Source: Pararhodobacter sp. (lineage in GTDB: Bacteria; Pseudomonadota; Alphaproteobacteria; Rhodobacterales; Rhodobacteraceae). Taken from it: a DNA stretch of 64,000 nucleotides. Shown here one piece after another: positions 17,989 to 27,605 of this stretch (positions are counted from its first letter, which is position 1; each line of letters opens with the position of its first letter). The translations under genes were made by a program, and so were the position numbers. The notes under the pieces were generated by a model. It worked only from the letters and a program-made list of their open reading frames with translations. It was not told the origin of the DNA and ran no database searches. The stretch is from NCBI RefSeq assembly GCF_034676075.1, contig NZ_JAUCCQ010000003.1, forward strand, positions 56,034 to 120,033, given 5' to 3'.

Positions 17989-18942
17989 ATGCAACACTGG
18001 AAGATCTATCTCGCCGGGCTCGCGCTCAGCACGGTGGCAGGGCTGGCCCATGCCGACGAGGTGACGCTGCGCGCCAGCGCCTTCGTCCCCACCTCGACCA
18101 CCTACGGCGTGCCGTTCCAGCTCTATGTCGACCGGGTGAACGAGACCGGCGCGGGCCTCGTGCAGATCCGCGTCGTGGGCGGGCCCGAGGCGATCCCGGC
18201 CAACGAGCAGCCGAACGCGCTGACGGCAGGCGTGCTCGACATCATTGCCACGCCCCCCTCCTACACCAAGGGCCAGTTCGTCGAGGCCGATGCGCAATCG
18301 CTGACCAACCTCTCCTTCGCCGAGCAGCGCGAAAGCGGCGCGGTCGACGCACTGTCGGAACTCGCGGTCGAACGGATGAACGCGCGCTACCTCACCGGCT
18401 ATGGCACGGGCGTGCCCTTCCACATCTATCTGACCGAACCGATTTCCTCGCTCGATGACCTCAGCGGCCAGCGCCTGCGGGGGCAGACCACCTACAATCT
18501 GCTGTTCAACGCGCTCGGCATCGACAGCACCGCCGTCGCCGCGCCCGAAGTCTTCACCGCGCTGGAGCGGGGCGTGATCAGCGGGGTCGGTTGGGCCTTC
18601 TGGGGGCTGGGCGATTTCGGCTGGGACCGCCTGATCACGACCCGCGTCGATCCCGGATTCTACAACGTGATCATCAACGTCCTGATCAACAACGACAGCT
18701 ACAACCGCCTGTCGCCCGAGCAGCAGGCTATCCTCAACGACGCCGCCGTCTGGTTCGAGGATTACATGGTCGAATGGTCGGCCGAGCGCACCGCACAGGA
18801 ATACGCGGCGCAGGAAGCGGCGGGTGTCACCGCCTTCGACGCCGGCCCTGAACTGGCCGAGCTCGCCACCCGCGTCTATTGGGAGGATCTGGAATCGCTC
18901 AGCCCGGAAATCGCCCGCCTGCGGCCGATGCTGGAACGCTGA
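17989..18942 (+). CDS. dctP: TRAP transporter substrate-binding protein (DctP family)
   Basis: Signal peptide ending AHADE. DctP-like sequence. AGGAGAG RBS. Confidence 0.85.
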   Translation: MQHWKIYLAGLALSTVAGLAHADEVTLRASAFVPTSTTYGVPFQLYVDRVNETGAGLVQIRVVGGPEAIPANEQPNALTAGVLDIIATPPSYTKGQFVEADAQSLTNLSFAEQRESGAVDALSELAVERMNARYLTGYGTGVPFHIYLTEPISSLDDLSGQRLRGQTTYNLLFNALGIDSTAVAAPEVFTALERGVISGVGWAFWGLGDFGWDRLITTRVDPGFYNVIINVLINNDSYNRLSPEQQAILNDAAVWFEDYMVEWSAERTAQEYAAQEAAGVTAFDAGPELAELATRVYWEDLESLSPEIARLRPMLER

Positions 18943-18964
18943 ACTAGCGGATAGCTAAAGGAAA

Positions 18965-18989
18965 GGGCCGGGGAAACCCGGCCCATTTT
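18965..18989. terminator. rho-independent terminator between convergent dctP and coxSL
   Basis: GGGCCGGG-GAAA-CCCGGCCC followed by ATTTTG. Confidence 0.7.
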
Positions 18990-19009
18990 GCTTGTCATCA
19001 AGCTGCGGT

Positions 19010-21832
19010 TCAGACGATGCCCTGCGCCGCAAGGATCCGTGCCGGTGAATAGGGTTGATGCGTGACCTGCGCGCCGAGCGGCCGCAGCGCGTCGTTGATC
19101 GCGCAGCGCAGTGCCGCCGGACCCGCCACCAGCCCCGCCTCGCCCACCCCCTTGGCCCCCAGCAGCGTCGCCCGGCTGGGGGTCGAGACATGGGCTATGG
19201 CGATATCCGGCATTTCGGCCGCCATCGGCACCAGGTAATCGGCCAGCGTTCCGGTTTCGAGCTGCCCGTCTGCCGAATAGACGCATTCCTCGTAGAGCGC
19301 CGCGCCGATCCCCTGCACCAGCCCGCCGCGCAACTGCTCATCAACCAGCAGCGGGTTCACCACCCGGCCGCAATCGTCGACCACCCAGGCGCCCAGCACA
19401 TCGACCAGCCCGGTGTCGGGATCGAGTTCCACCTCGACCGCCACCACGCCGTTCGACATGAGATAGGGCAAGGCGCCGGGCAGGAAGCTCTCTTCGACGC
19501 TGAGCGAAGGGACCACCGACAGCGGGATCTCGGTCGGGTTGTAGCGCGCAAGCCTCAGCACCCGATCCAGCGCGATCAGGGGCGAGCCGCTGGCATCGGT
19601 GACATCCTCGCCCACGATCCGCAGGGCCTCGGCCGGGCGCTGGGTCAGCGCCCCGGCGATGGCCAGAATCGAGGCTTTCAGTCCCCGGCTGGCCCTCAGC
19701 ACAGCCTCACCCCCCAGCGCCACCCCGCGCGAGGCCCAGGCGCCACCGCCGTAGGGATTGCGCGCCGTGTCGGTGGTGCCGAGGCTGATCTGGCCGACCG
19801 AGACACCCAGCTCCGCGGCAGCGATCTGGGCCAGGGCCGACAACGTCCCCTGCCCCTGATCGGTGACCGAGGTTTCGATCTTCACCCGGCCCCGTGCCTC
19901 GAGCGTCACTCGCGCGCTTTCCTGCGCTGCGACGGCCACGCCCAGCGGCCCGTAGAGACGCGAGCCAACCCCCGTCATCTCCACGAAAGCCGCCAATCCC
20001 AACCCTCGATGGATCCCCTCGGCCCTGAGCCGCCGATGGTCGGCCCGTTTCGCCGCCAACCCGGCCAGCCCTTCCAGCCTGTCCTGGCATTCTTGCAGCG
20101 ACAGCGGCTCGAATCTGAGCCCCAGCGGGCTGGTCGTATCCCCCGGCTCGGCAATATAGTTGCGCCGCCGGATCTCTTCGGGGCTGATACCCAGCGCATC
20201 GGCGGCAAGGTCCATGAGCTGCTCGGTGATCGCCGTGGCGATCGGCTGGCCGACGCCCCGATAGGCCCCGGTCGGCGCCTTGTTCTGCAAGACGCCGCGC
20301 AGCCGCCCCTTGAAGGCGGCGAAGGCATAGGGGCCGCCGACCATCGAGCAGGCCTGCAGGGCTTCCCCGACCGACCCGCGCGGGTACATGGAATAGGCAC
20401 CAAAACCGGCCAGCAGATCGACCTCGAAGCCAAGGATCCTTCCGTCGGCATCGACGGCGATGCGGGCATGGCCGGAGGCCTCGCGCGCATGGGCGTCGGC
20501 GGTGAAGGATTCCAGCCGGTCCGCCACCCATTTTACCGGGCGGTCCATCAGCGTCGCGACTGCAACGACTGCCATGTCGTCGGCATAGGCGTGCAGCTTC
20601 AGCCCGAAGGCCCCACCCACATCCGGCACGATCACCTGAACGGCGCCGGGATCGAGGCCCAGTTGCTGGGCATAGATCTCACGCTGCTGGAACGGCGCCT
20701 GATGCGACAGATGCACCCGGATCTCGCCCCGGGCCGGATCGAATTCGGCGATGATACCGCGCGGTTCCAGCGACATGCCGGTCTGCCGGGTGAAGGCGAA
20801 ATCCTGTTCCGCGATCACGGCGGCGCCCGCGAAGGCGGCCTCGGCATCGCCTACCGTGAAGACCTGATCCAGGATCAGGTTCGTTGCTTGGGCGGCGTGC
20901 ACGGTGGCCACGTCCGACAGCGCCGCTTCGGTGTCGGTCACGGCGGGAAGTTCCTCGAACTCGACCATCACCAGCTCGGCGGCATCCTCGGCCTCGGCCC
21001 GGCTTTCGGCCACCACCGCGACCACGGCCTCGCCCTGCCAGCATGTCTCACCCAGGGCGAGGCAGGGCTGGGGCGGAGAACTGTGGCCCTTCACCCCCGC
21101 AAGGCTGGTGACCCAGGGAGGGCTGACCCTGGCCAGATCCTCGCCGGTGAAACAGGCGAGGACACCGGGCATGGCCAGTGCCTCGGCCGTGTCGATGGAC
21201 AGGATCCGGGCATGGGCATGGGGGCTGCGCAGAAAGGCGACATGGGCGCAATGCGCCGGCGTGATGTCGTCCAGATAGCGCCCCGTCCCTGTCGCCGGTC
21301 GTCTTGCCGCGGCGCGCGGCAGGGGGGCGCCGATCCCCTCAGCTTTCGGGGCCTCGGGCGCACGACCCCGCGCCACGTCCTCGATGGCATCGACGATGGC
21401 GTGATAGCCCGTGCAGCGGCAGAGATTGCCGGAAATCGCATCGCGGATTTCGGCGCGCGAGGGTTCGGGGTTCTGATCGAGCAGTTCCACCGCCGTGAGC
21501 AGCATGCCCGAAGTGCAGAACCCGCATTGCAGGGCGTTGCGGGCGACGAAGGCCTCCTGCAGCGCATGGAGCCGCCCCTCGGCGGTCAGCCCTTCGATGG
21601 TCTGGACCTCGGCATCCTGAAGCTGCGCCACCTGCGTCAGGCAACCGCGCACAACCTGCCCGTCGACCATGACGTTGCAGGCACCGCAGACCCCGTGCTC
21701 GCAGCCCAGATGGGTGCCGGTCTGCCGCCGGTCATGGCGCAGATAATCGGCCAGATGCCCGCGGGTGCAGGCACCCACGCTCACCTCCTTGCCGTTCACA
21801 CGGAAATTCACGATCGGGGCGACATCATTCAT
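19010..21832 (-). CDS. xanthine dehydrogenase/CO dehydrogenase-family molybdo-hydroxylase with the [2Fe-2S] small subunit fused to the Moco large subunit
   Basis: N-terminus GCEHGVCGACNVMVDG...CGFCTSGM...CRCTGY carries the two 2Fe-2S clusters. A linker of about 25 aa leads into the large-subunit sequence (GRYLDDI...). Start at ATG 21832 overlaps the upstream stop as ATGA. Confidence 0.85.
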   Translation of the reverse strand: MNDVAPIVNFRVNGKEVSVGACTRGHLADYLRHDRRQTGTHLGCEHGVCGACNVMVDGQVVRGCLTQVAQLQDAEVQTIEGLTAEGRLHALQEAFVARNALQCGFCTSGMLLTAVELLDQNPEPSRAEIRDAISGNLCRCTGYHAIVDAIEDVARGRAPEAPKAEGIGAPLPRAAARRPATGTGRYLDDITPAHCAHVAFLRSPHAHARILSIDTAEALAMPGVLACFTGEDLARVSPPWVTSLAGVKGHSSPPQPCLALGETCWQGEAVVAVVAESRAEAEDAAELVMVEFEELPAVTDTEAALSDVATVHAAQATNLILDQVFTVGDAEAAFAGAAVIAEQDFAFTRQTGMSLEPRGIIAEFDPARGEIRVHLSHQAPFQQREIYAQQLGLDPGAVQVIVPDVGGAFGLKLHAYADDMAVVAVATLMDRPVKWVADRLESFTADAHAREASGHARIAVDADGRILGFEVDLLAGFGAYSMYPRGSVGEALQACSMVGGPYAFAAFKGRLRGVLQNKAPTGAYRGVGQPIATAITEQLMDLAADALGISPEEIRRRNYIAEPGDTTSPLGLRFEPLSLQECQDRLEGLAGLAAKRADHRRLRAEGIHRGLGLAAFVEMTGVGSRLYGPLGVAVAAQESARVTLEARGRVKIETSVTDQGQGTLSALAQIAAAELGVSVGQISLGTTDTARNPYGGGAWASRGVALGGEAVLRASRGLKASILAIAGALTQRPAEALRIVGEDVTDASGSPLIALDRVLRLARYNPTEIPLSVVPSLSVEESFLPGALPYLMSNGVVAVEVELDPDTGLVDVLGAWVVDDCGRVVNPLLVDEQLRGGLVQGIGAALYEECVYSADGQLETGTLADYLVPMAAEMPDIAIAHVSTPSRATLLGAKGVGEAGLVAGPAALRCAINDALRPLGAQVTHQPYSPARILAAQGIV

Positions 21833-22674
21833 GCGGCAAGGTCCATCAGCACCCGGCGGGCCAGCGCCCGCGCCTGGGCGCGTTTCTGCTCGGCCGAGCC
21901 CGCGAGGCTCGGCATCGGGTCGAGGTCGGCGGCGATGGCCCCGGCGAGGTCCGCCGCCAGAAGCGGCGTCAACCTCTGCCCGATGGCTCCCTCGGCGGCC
22001 GGGCACAGCACCGGCGCGGGTTCGCTGGCAAAGGCGGTCAGCGCGATACCGCGCACCACGCCCGCCTCGATCACCGCCCGGGCGACGAAGCCGGCACTGG
22101 CGAAATCGCCCCGGCGGCGCGTCACCTCGCCAAAGGCGAAATGCTCGTTCGCGCGGGCGCGCGGCCAGCGGATGGCGACGAGCATCTCTTCGGGGGCGCG
22201 CAGCGTGTCGTAGATGCCAAGGAAGAAGTCCCGCGCCGAAACCACCCGCTCGCCCGAGGCCGTGGCAAGCACCAGCTCGGCGCCCATCAGATGCGCCACT
22301 GCCGGCATCTCGCCTGCCGGATCGGCATAGGCGATGGAGCCCGCCGTCGTCCCCCGGTTGCGGATCGCCGGATGGGCGACATGCGGCATCACCTGCGCCA
22401 GCACCGGCACCTCGCGCGCGACGAGCGGGCTTTCCAGCACCGCGCGGTGGCGGACCAGCGGCCCGAAGACCAGGTGCCCGTCCTCGAGCGTGATCCGGTC
22501 CAGCCCGGGGATGCCATTGATGTCGACCAGCAGGGCGGGAGCATCGAGGCGCAAGTTCAGCGCCGCGCCAAGGCTCTGCCCGCCAGCCAGGATCCGCGCA
22601 TCCTCGGTCGCCAGCAGCGCCAGTGCCTCGGCCAGCGTCGCAGGACGGGCGATCTCGGTTCTCGGCGCCTTCAC
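21829..22674 (-). CDS. FAD-binding (CoxM-type) subunit of the molybdo-hydroxylase
   Basis: ILAGGQSLGAALNLRLDAPALLVDINGIPGL and NRGTTAGSIAYADP motifs. GTG start overlaps the dctM stop as GTGA. Confidence 0.8.
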   Translation of the reverse strand: MKAPRTEIARPATLAEALALLATEDARILAGGQSLGAALNLRLDAPALLVDINGIPGLDRITLEDGHLVFGPLVRHRAVLESPLVAREVPVLAQVMPHVAHPAIRNRGTTAGSIAYADPAGEMPAVAHLMGAELVLATASGERVVSARDFFLGIYDTLRAPEEMLVAIRWPRARANEHFAFGEVTRRRGDFASAGFVARAVIEAGVVRGIALTAFASEPAPVLCPAAEGAIGQRLTPLLAADLAGAIAADLDPMPSLAGSAEQKRAQARALARRVLMDLAA

Positions 22675-23987
22675 TTCATCAGCTCCGGCAACAGGCTGAC
22701 CAGCCCCGGGAACAGGATGAGCAACCCCATCACCAGGAATTCCAGCGCCAGGAACGGCAGGACCGCCTTGTAGACCGCCGTCACCCGCAGCTTTGGCCCC
22801 GCCACGCCCTGCATGACGAACAACAGAAGCCCGAAGGGCGGTGTGATGAGCGAAATCTCTAGCGCGATCAGCACGAGGACCCCGAACCACAGCGGGTCGA
22901 TCCCCGCTGCGCCGACGATCGGCATGAAGATCGGCAGGGTCAGCATCATCATCGACACCTGGTCCATGAAGCAGCCCAGGAAGACCAGCACCGCCAGCAT
23001 TCCCAGCAACAGCATCAAGGGACCGATGCCCGATGCCACGACCAGACGGCTGATCTCCTGCGTGGCGCCGGTGAAGGCCAGCACCTGCGAGAAGGTGCCC
23101 GAGGTACAGATGATGACTAGGATCATCGCCGAGAAGATCAGCGTCTCCTTCAGCGAATGCACCAGCATCGACAGGCTGAAACGCCGGTAGATCACCGCGG
23201 CGATGACCGTCGCCACCACGCCCAGGGCCGCGCTCTCGGTCGCGGTGGCGATGCCTGCGAACATTGAGCCCACGACACAGACGAAGATCAGCGCCAGCGG
23301 CAGGACGTTCACCAGCACCGGCCTGAGCCGCTCGCCCAGCGTCATCGTCTCGGTCTCGTAGATCGGTGCGAGGGACGGGTCCAAACGGCAACGCAGCATG
23401 ACATAGCCAAGAAACAGCACCGCCATCATGATCGCCGGCACGATCCCGGCAATCAGCAGGTCGTTGATCGAGATGGAGGCAAGGCTGCCGAGCATCACCG
23501 CCAGCCCCGAGGGGGGGATCAGCATGGCGATGCCGCCGACGGCCAGGATCGGCCCGACCGCCATGCTGTCATGATAGCCGCGCGCCTTCATCTGCGGGTA
23601 AAGCGACTTCCCCAGCACGCCCGCATTGGCAATCGTCGACCCCGAGAGCGATGAAAACAGCGTGCCCGACAGCACAGCAACGATCGACAGCCGCCCCGGC
23701 ACGCGGGAAATCAGCCGGTCGATGGCATCGATGGCACGCTGAGCGAGGCCGCTGTGCAGCATGATCTCGCCCATCAGCACGAAGAGGGGGATGGGCGCCA
23801 AGGAATATTGCGCCGCAGGCGAGCGCATGTTGCGCAGCATCTGCATGAGGCCGATGTCGCCGCCGAGGAACAGCCAGGCCCCGGCGATGTTGACGGCGAT
23901 GAAGGCAAAGACGATCGGCAGGCCCAGCATCAGAAGGGCGACGATACCGCCCAGCATCAGCACAAGGGCGAAGATCCATTCCGGCAT
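22671..23987 (-). CDS. dctM: TRAP transporter large permease
   Basis: 438-aa polytopic DctM-like protein. Confidence 0.9.
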   Translation of the reverse strand: MPEWIFALVLMLGGIVALLMLGLPIVFAFIAVNIAGAWLFLGGDIGLMQMLRNMRSPAAQYSLAPIPLFVLMGEIMLHSGLAQRAIDAIDRLISRVPGRLSIVAVLSGTLFSSLSGSTIANAGVLGKSLYPQMKARGYHDSMAVGPILAVGGIAMLIPPSGLAVMLGSLASISINDLLIAGIVPAIMMAVLFLGYVMLRCRLDPSLAPIYETETMTLGERLRPVLVNVLPLALIFVCVVGSMFAGIATATESAALGVVATVIAAVIYRRFSLSMLVHSLKETLIFSAMILVIICTSGTFSQVLAFTGATQEISRLVVASGIGPLMLLLGMLAVLVFLGCFMDQVSMMMLTLPIFMPIVGAAGIDPLWFGVLVLIALEISLITPPFGLLLFVMQGVAGPKLRVTAVYKAVLPFLALEFLVMGLLILFPGLVSLLPELMK

Positions 23988-23988
23988 C

Positions 23989-24480
23989 TCAGACCCCTTG
24001 CTGCGCGTGGAAGGGCGCGAGCAGCCGCCCGGCGAAGGTCAGCGCCATGAGCAGCGCCGCCAGCGGGATCTGCCATTGCAGCCACCAATCCATCAGCACG
24101 TAGTCACCAAAGACCATCTGCTGCGTCTGGTAAGAGCGCATCAGCACGCGCGTGCCCCAGATGCACAGGATCGCGCAGCAGGACAACCCGATCAGGTCGA
24201 TCAGCCGCTGCACGCCGCGGCGGACGGGCGGCGAAAAGCGCTCGAGAAAGACGTTGATCGACAGATGGGCATTGCGGCGCAGCAACCAGGGCGCCGTCAG
24301 GATAGCGATGCAGAAGAGCCCGATCTCGGAAAAGTCGATCAGGCCCCGGAATACGCCGAAACCAAGCCCCCGCCGGATCGACTCGGCGGCGATGGCGCAG
24401 GTCATGAGCGCGAGGATGATCCCCGACAGGACCGCAAGTGCGGTCACCACAAGGTCATAGAGGGCAATGGCTGTCTTCAT
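23989..24480 (-). CDS. dctQ: TRAP transporter small permease
   Basis: 163 aa with four hydrophobic helices. Start at ATG 24480 (MKTAIALYDL) inside ORF 23989..24738. Confidence 0.8.
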   Translation of the reverse strand: MKTAIALYDLVVTALAVLSGIILALMTCAIAAESIRRGLGFGVFRGLIDFSEIGLFCIAILTAPWLLRRNAHLSINVFLERFSPPVRRGVQRLIDLIGLSCCAILCIWGTRVLMRSYQTQQMVFGDYVLMDWWLQWQIPLAALLMALTFAGRLLAPFHAQQGV

Positions 24481-24712
24481 GTCTCGTCCTGGCTGGAGCC
24501 CCGTGGGGCGATCGCGCTCGAAAATCTCTGGAACCCGGCACGGCGCAGCGGAGCGATCCCCGCGAGACGGCACGCCTGAAAGGTCTGCGGCCGGGCGCAC
24601 CCGTCTCGCGGCAATAGAGGCCGGATTGGCCCCAGCGCACAAGGGGCGCTGCCGGGGGAAGACGGGCAAAGCGCCCCCTGCCCCGAAGGCGTCGCAGGGG
24701 CCCGCGCCCGGG

Positions 24713-25165
24713 TCAACCTGCGGGCGTTTCGGAGACAAGTTGCGCCTCGAGCCGGTCGAAGAACTCGCCCGACAGCTTGGTCGCCGTCCCTTGGATGAGC
24801 CGGGCGCCCAGTTGCGCGATCTTGCCGCCGACAGTCACGTCGACGCTGTAGTCGATCCGGGTTCCTGCCCCCTCCGGCGTCAGCGTGACCCGGGCCCGGC
24901 CCCTGGCGAAACCAGCGATGCCACCCTTGCCCGCGCCCTGCAGCACCATGCTGTCATTGGGATGCTCCTCGTCGAAGGTCACATCGCCCTTGAAGGTCGC
25001 TTTCACCGGGCCGATCTTCAGCGTAACCTCGGCCTCCATCCCGGCCTCGGTCGCGATCAGCGACTGGCAGCCCGGGATCGCTTGGCGCAGGATCTCGGGA
25101 TCGTGGACCGCGGCCCAGACATCGCGCCGGCTTGCCGCGACCAGCCGGGTGTCGGTAATTTCCAT
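24713..25165 (-). CDS. CoxG / SRPBCC family protein
   Basis: MEITDTRLVAASRRDVWAAVHDPEILRQAIPGCQSL...KIGPVKATFKG pattern of CoxG. GAGGAA RBS. Confidence 0.8.
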   Translation of the reverse strand: MEITDTRLVAASRRDVWAAVHDPEILRQAIPGCQSLIATEAGMEAEVTLKIGPVKATFKGDVTFDEEHPNDSMVLQGAGKGGIAGFARGRARVTLTPEGAGTRIDYSVDVTVGGKIAQLGARLIQGTATKLSGEFFDRLEAQLVSETPAG

Positions 25166-25246
25166 GGGAAGTGTTCCTCGTCTCCGGTCCGTTCCCCGCC
25201 GCCCCGTGGGGGACGTGGCAGAGTTTGGGATGCCGATCCAATTTTG

Positions 25247-25264
25247 TGTATGCTGTATACGTTA
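25247..25264 (-). promoter_or_regulatory. shared operator-like motif upstream of the coxG operon
   Basis: Read on the minus strand: TAACGTATACAGCATACA, about 81 nt before the coxG ATG. Confidence 0.55.
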
Positions 25265-25383
25265 TTTCCGCATGTCAACGATATTCGCCCGTTTCCTCTG
25301 TCTTCGGTGACGCAGACTTCCGTTGCCCGGGCGTCGGGCGAGCTGCCCGGAAAAGCGGCACTAACCAGGGGGACGTGGCAGGG

Positions 25384-26607
25384 TCAGACAAGCGACTTCA
25401 GCGGGACTGACGAATCAGCCAGTTTGGCCGGGTCGGCCTTGACCTTCCCTTCGACCAACTTCTCGAGGAAGCGCCGCTCGCGGCCGCGGTCAAGCAGCAC
25501 ACCACCGGCCACGGCTTCTTGGTCATCAAGCCAAAAGAGCACCTCGCCTCCCTCGCCCCGGGCAACGGTCCGGGCGCCCTCGGCCCATAGTCCCACCACT
25601 TGGATGTTATGGCCGAGCTGATCGCTCCACATCCACGGAAGCTCGGCATGCTCGGTCGTCTCCCCGGTGATCGAGCGGGCAATTGCGCGCGGTTGCCGAT
25701 CGGCGTTGCGCCAGGTTTCCAACCGCTGTTGGCGACCCAGATGCGGATTCCAGCTTTCGGCGACATCGCCCGCGGCAAAGACACCCACAAGGCCGGCTAC
25801 GCGACCGGCCGAATCAGTCAAGATCCCGCCCGAGGCGCCACGATTTGCCGCTGGCACCAACTCGGACGCGGGCAGGATGCCGATGGCCGACACCACCAGA
25901 TCAGCCGCCACAACATGGGATTTTCCGACCGAATCGCGGAGGTGAATTGCCAATTCGCCGGTCTCTTCACGGATCTCCTGCACGGCGATTCCAGTCAGGA
26001 TCGTCACCCCCGCCGCCGCGTGTTTCGCAGCCAGCCAGGTTGAGGTTTCAGGTGGCAGAATCCGCGCCATGACGCGCGCGCCCGCCTCGATCACCGTGAC
26101 CGCACAGCCCAGCTCGGTTGCCGTCGCCGCAACCTCCATCCCGATGACCCCACCGCCGATGATCGCCAGCCGCAAACCCGGGGTGAGGCGCGCCTTCAGC
26201 CCCCGGCTGTCGTCGAGGCTGCGCAGCGTGCGGGCGTGTTCGCCCCCTGGAACCGGCAGGTCGCGGGGCCGGCCGCCGGTCGCCAGGACCAGATGATCGT
26301 AGGCGATTCGCTCGCCGGCGGCGGTGATGACACGGCGCCCGGCGCAATCCAGCGCAACCACGGTTTCGCCGGTCCTCAGGTCAATGCCCTGCCAGCACCC
26401 GTCCGGGTCAAGGAAAAGGCCTGCCTCCCCCTCGGCACCTTTCAACACGGCCTTGGACAGTGGCGGACGTTCGTAGGGGGGGTGCGATTCGGCGCCAATC
26501 AGCGTGATTCGGCCCGAGAACCCCTCACTGCGGAGAGCCAGGGCACAGCGGCCACCCGCCTGCCCCGCCCCAACGATCACCACCACCTCGTCCGTCATTT
26601 CGGGCAT
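25384..26607 (-). CDS. FAD/NAD(P)-dependent ferredoxin reductase (putidaredoxin/rubredoxin-reductase type)
   Basis: VVIVGAGQAGG dinucleotide fold, RITLIGAESHPPYERPPLSK, and a second fold RLAIIGGGVIGMEVA. GAGGAG RBS before ATG 26607. Confidence 0.85.
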   Translation of the reverse strand: MPEMTDEVVVIVGAGQAGGRCALALRSEGFSGRITLIGAESHPPYERPPLSKAVLKGAEGEAGLFLDPDGCWQGIDLRTGETVVALDCAGRRVITAAGERIAYDHLVLATGGRPRDLPVPGGEHARTLRSLDDSRGLKARLTPGLRLAIIGGGVIGMEVAATATELGCAVTVIEAGARVMARILPPETSTWLAAKHAAAGVTILTGIAVQEIREETGELAIHLRDSVGKSHVVAADLVVSAIGILPASELVPAANRGASGGILTDSAGRVAGLVGVFAAGDVAESWNPHLGRQQRLETWRNADRQPRAIARSITGETTEHAELPWMWSDQLGHNIQVVGLWAEGARTVARGEGGEVLFWLDDQEAVAGGVLLDRGRERRFLEKLVEGKVKADPAKLADSSVPLKSLV

Positions 26608-26633
26608 CGCGTTCTCCTCACACCTGGATTTAT

Positions 26634-26651
26634 CGTATTCCGTATACGTTA
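26634..26651 (-). promoter_or_regulatory. shared operator-like motif upstream of the ferredoxin reductase gene
   Basis: Read on the minus strand: TAACGTATACGGAATACG, about 26 nt before ATG 26607. Confidence 0.6.
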
Positions 26652-26685
26652 AATCTGTCAAGAAGGTGCAAGCCTGATCCGATAC

Positions 26686-27354
26686 TCAGCCTTGCCGCTG
26701 CTCGGCGTTTTCTGCCGCCCAGGTCTTGAAGGCCTCGCCTGCCTGCGTCAGCAGCATGGTCATCACCGCGCGCGCCTCGTCCTCATTGCCGGTGCCGATG
26801 GCCTGCGCGAGCTTCGCCATACCGTTGACAGAGACCCGGCGCATGTCCGGTCGGCGAAGGGTGTTTATCCGAATGAAATGGATGAAATCCTCATACCGCG
26901 CGATGGCCGCGACCAGCTGCCGGTTCGAGACATGCGAATAGATGTCGTCGCGGATCTTGCGATGTGCTTCGACATAGGCGTCACTCTCGCCCGTTTCGTC
27001 GAGCGTCTGGTGAATGCGGCCAGCCAGCGCGAAAAGCCGCCCAGCATCGGTCTCGCGCACCAGCTTGGCCACGGCATGCGGTTCCAGCAGCAGGCGAATT
27101 TCGATCACCTCGGAGATCTCTTCCGGCGTGAAATTCGGGAAACGGAAGCCCCGCGTCGCCTGAACCAGCAGCCCGTCGCGCACCAGCATGGCCAGCGCCT
27201 CGCGCACCGGCGTCCGCGAAACGCCCAGCTCCTGGGCCAGGTTGATCTCCTGGAACTTGGTGTCGGGATCGAACCCCCCTTCGGTAATCCGTGCCTTCAG
27301 CGTCTCGTAGACCTGTTGGCGGAGGTCGGCGACGCGCTGGATGGAATTCATCAT
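26686..27354 (-). CDS. GntR family regulator, FadR/FCD subtype
   Basis: LAQELGVSRTPVREALAMLVRDGLL HTH plus a helical FCD-like C-domain. Start at the MMNSIQ methionines. Confidence 0.85.
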   Translation of the reverse strand: MMNSIQRVADLRQQVYETLKARITEGGFDPDTKFQEINLAQELGVSRTPVREALAMLVRDGLLVQATRGFRFPNFTPEEISEVIEIRLLLEPHAVAKLVRETDAGRLFALAGRIHQTLDETGESDAYVEAHRKIRDDIYSHVSNRQLVAAIARYEDFIHFIRINTLRRPDMRRVSVNGMAKLAQAIGTGNEDEARAVMTMLLTQAGEAFKTWAAENAEQRQG

Positions 27355-27566
27355 GGGAATTGTCCGTTGCTGGGGGATCGCCGCCGTTCCACGGGGACCG
27401 CGGCCGCGACAGGACGCGGAAAACGGACGGGACAGGATGCGATCACTGGATCGACGTTTCTCAACATGTGGCACGACAGGGCGTTTCAGGCAACCGATGA
27501 CGCAGCTTTGCGCAGCGCCCGCCGCTCGGCCACCCGACATGCAGGTTTCGCTTGCCATCCGGAAAT

Positions 27567-27584
27567 TAACGTATACGGTAGACG
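27567..27584 (+). promoter_or_regulatory. shared operator-like motif upstream of the Rieske oxygenase operon
   Basis: TAACGTATACGGTAGACG, about 21 nt before ATG 27606. Confidence 0.6.
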
Positions 27585-27605
27585 TAATCCGCAGAGGAGT
27601 TACCC

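Noticed and set aside
19055-22213. A 1052-aa ORF on the plus strand, together with many other long ORFs antisense to called genes (for example 1158..2174, 2799..3797, 3873..5366, 8663..10195, 60773..62350).
   Set aside because: These are typical shadow ORFs of very GC-rich DNA. Their translations are Arg/Gly/Pro/Ala-rich low-complexity sequence with no motifs. The opposite strand encodes proteins with clear family signatures and proper RBS and start contexts.
24481-24712. Possible Moco riboswitch upstream of the molybdo-enzyme genes.
   Set aside because: I could not find the conserved Moco-motif core sequences. Only generic GC-rich hairpins are present.
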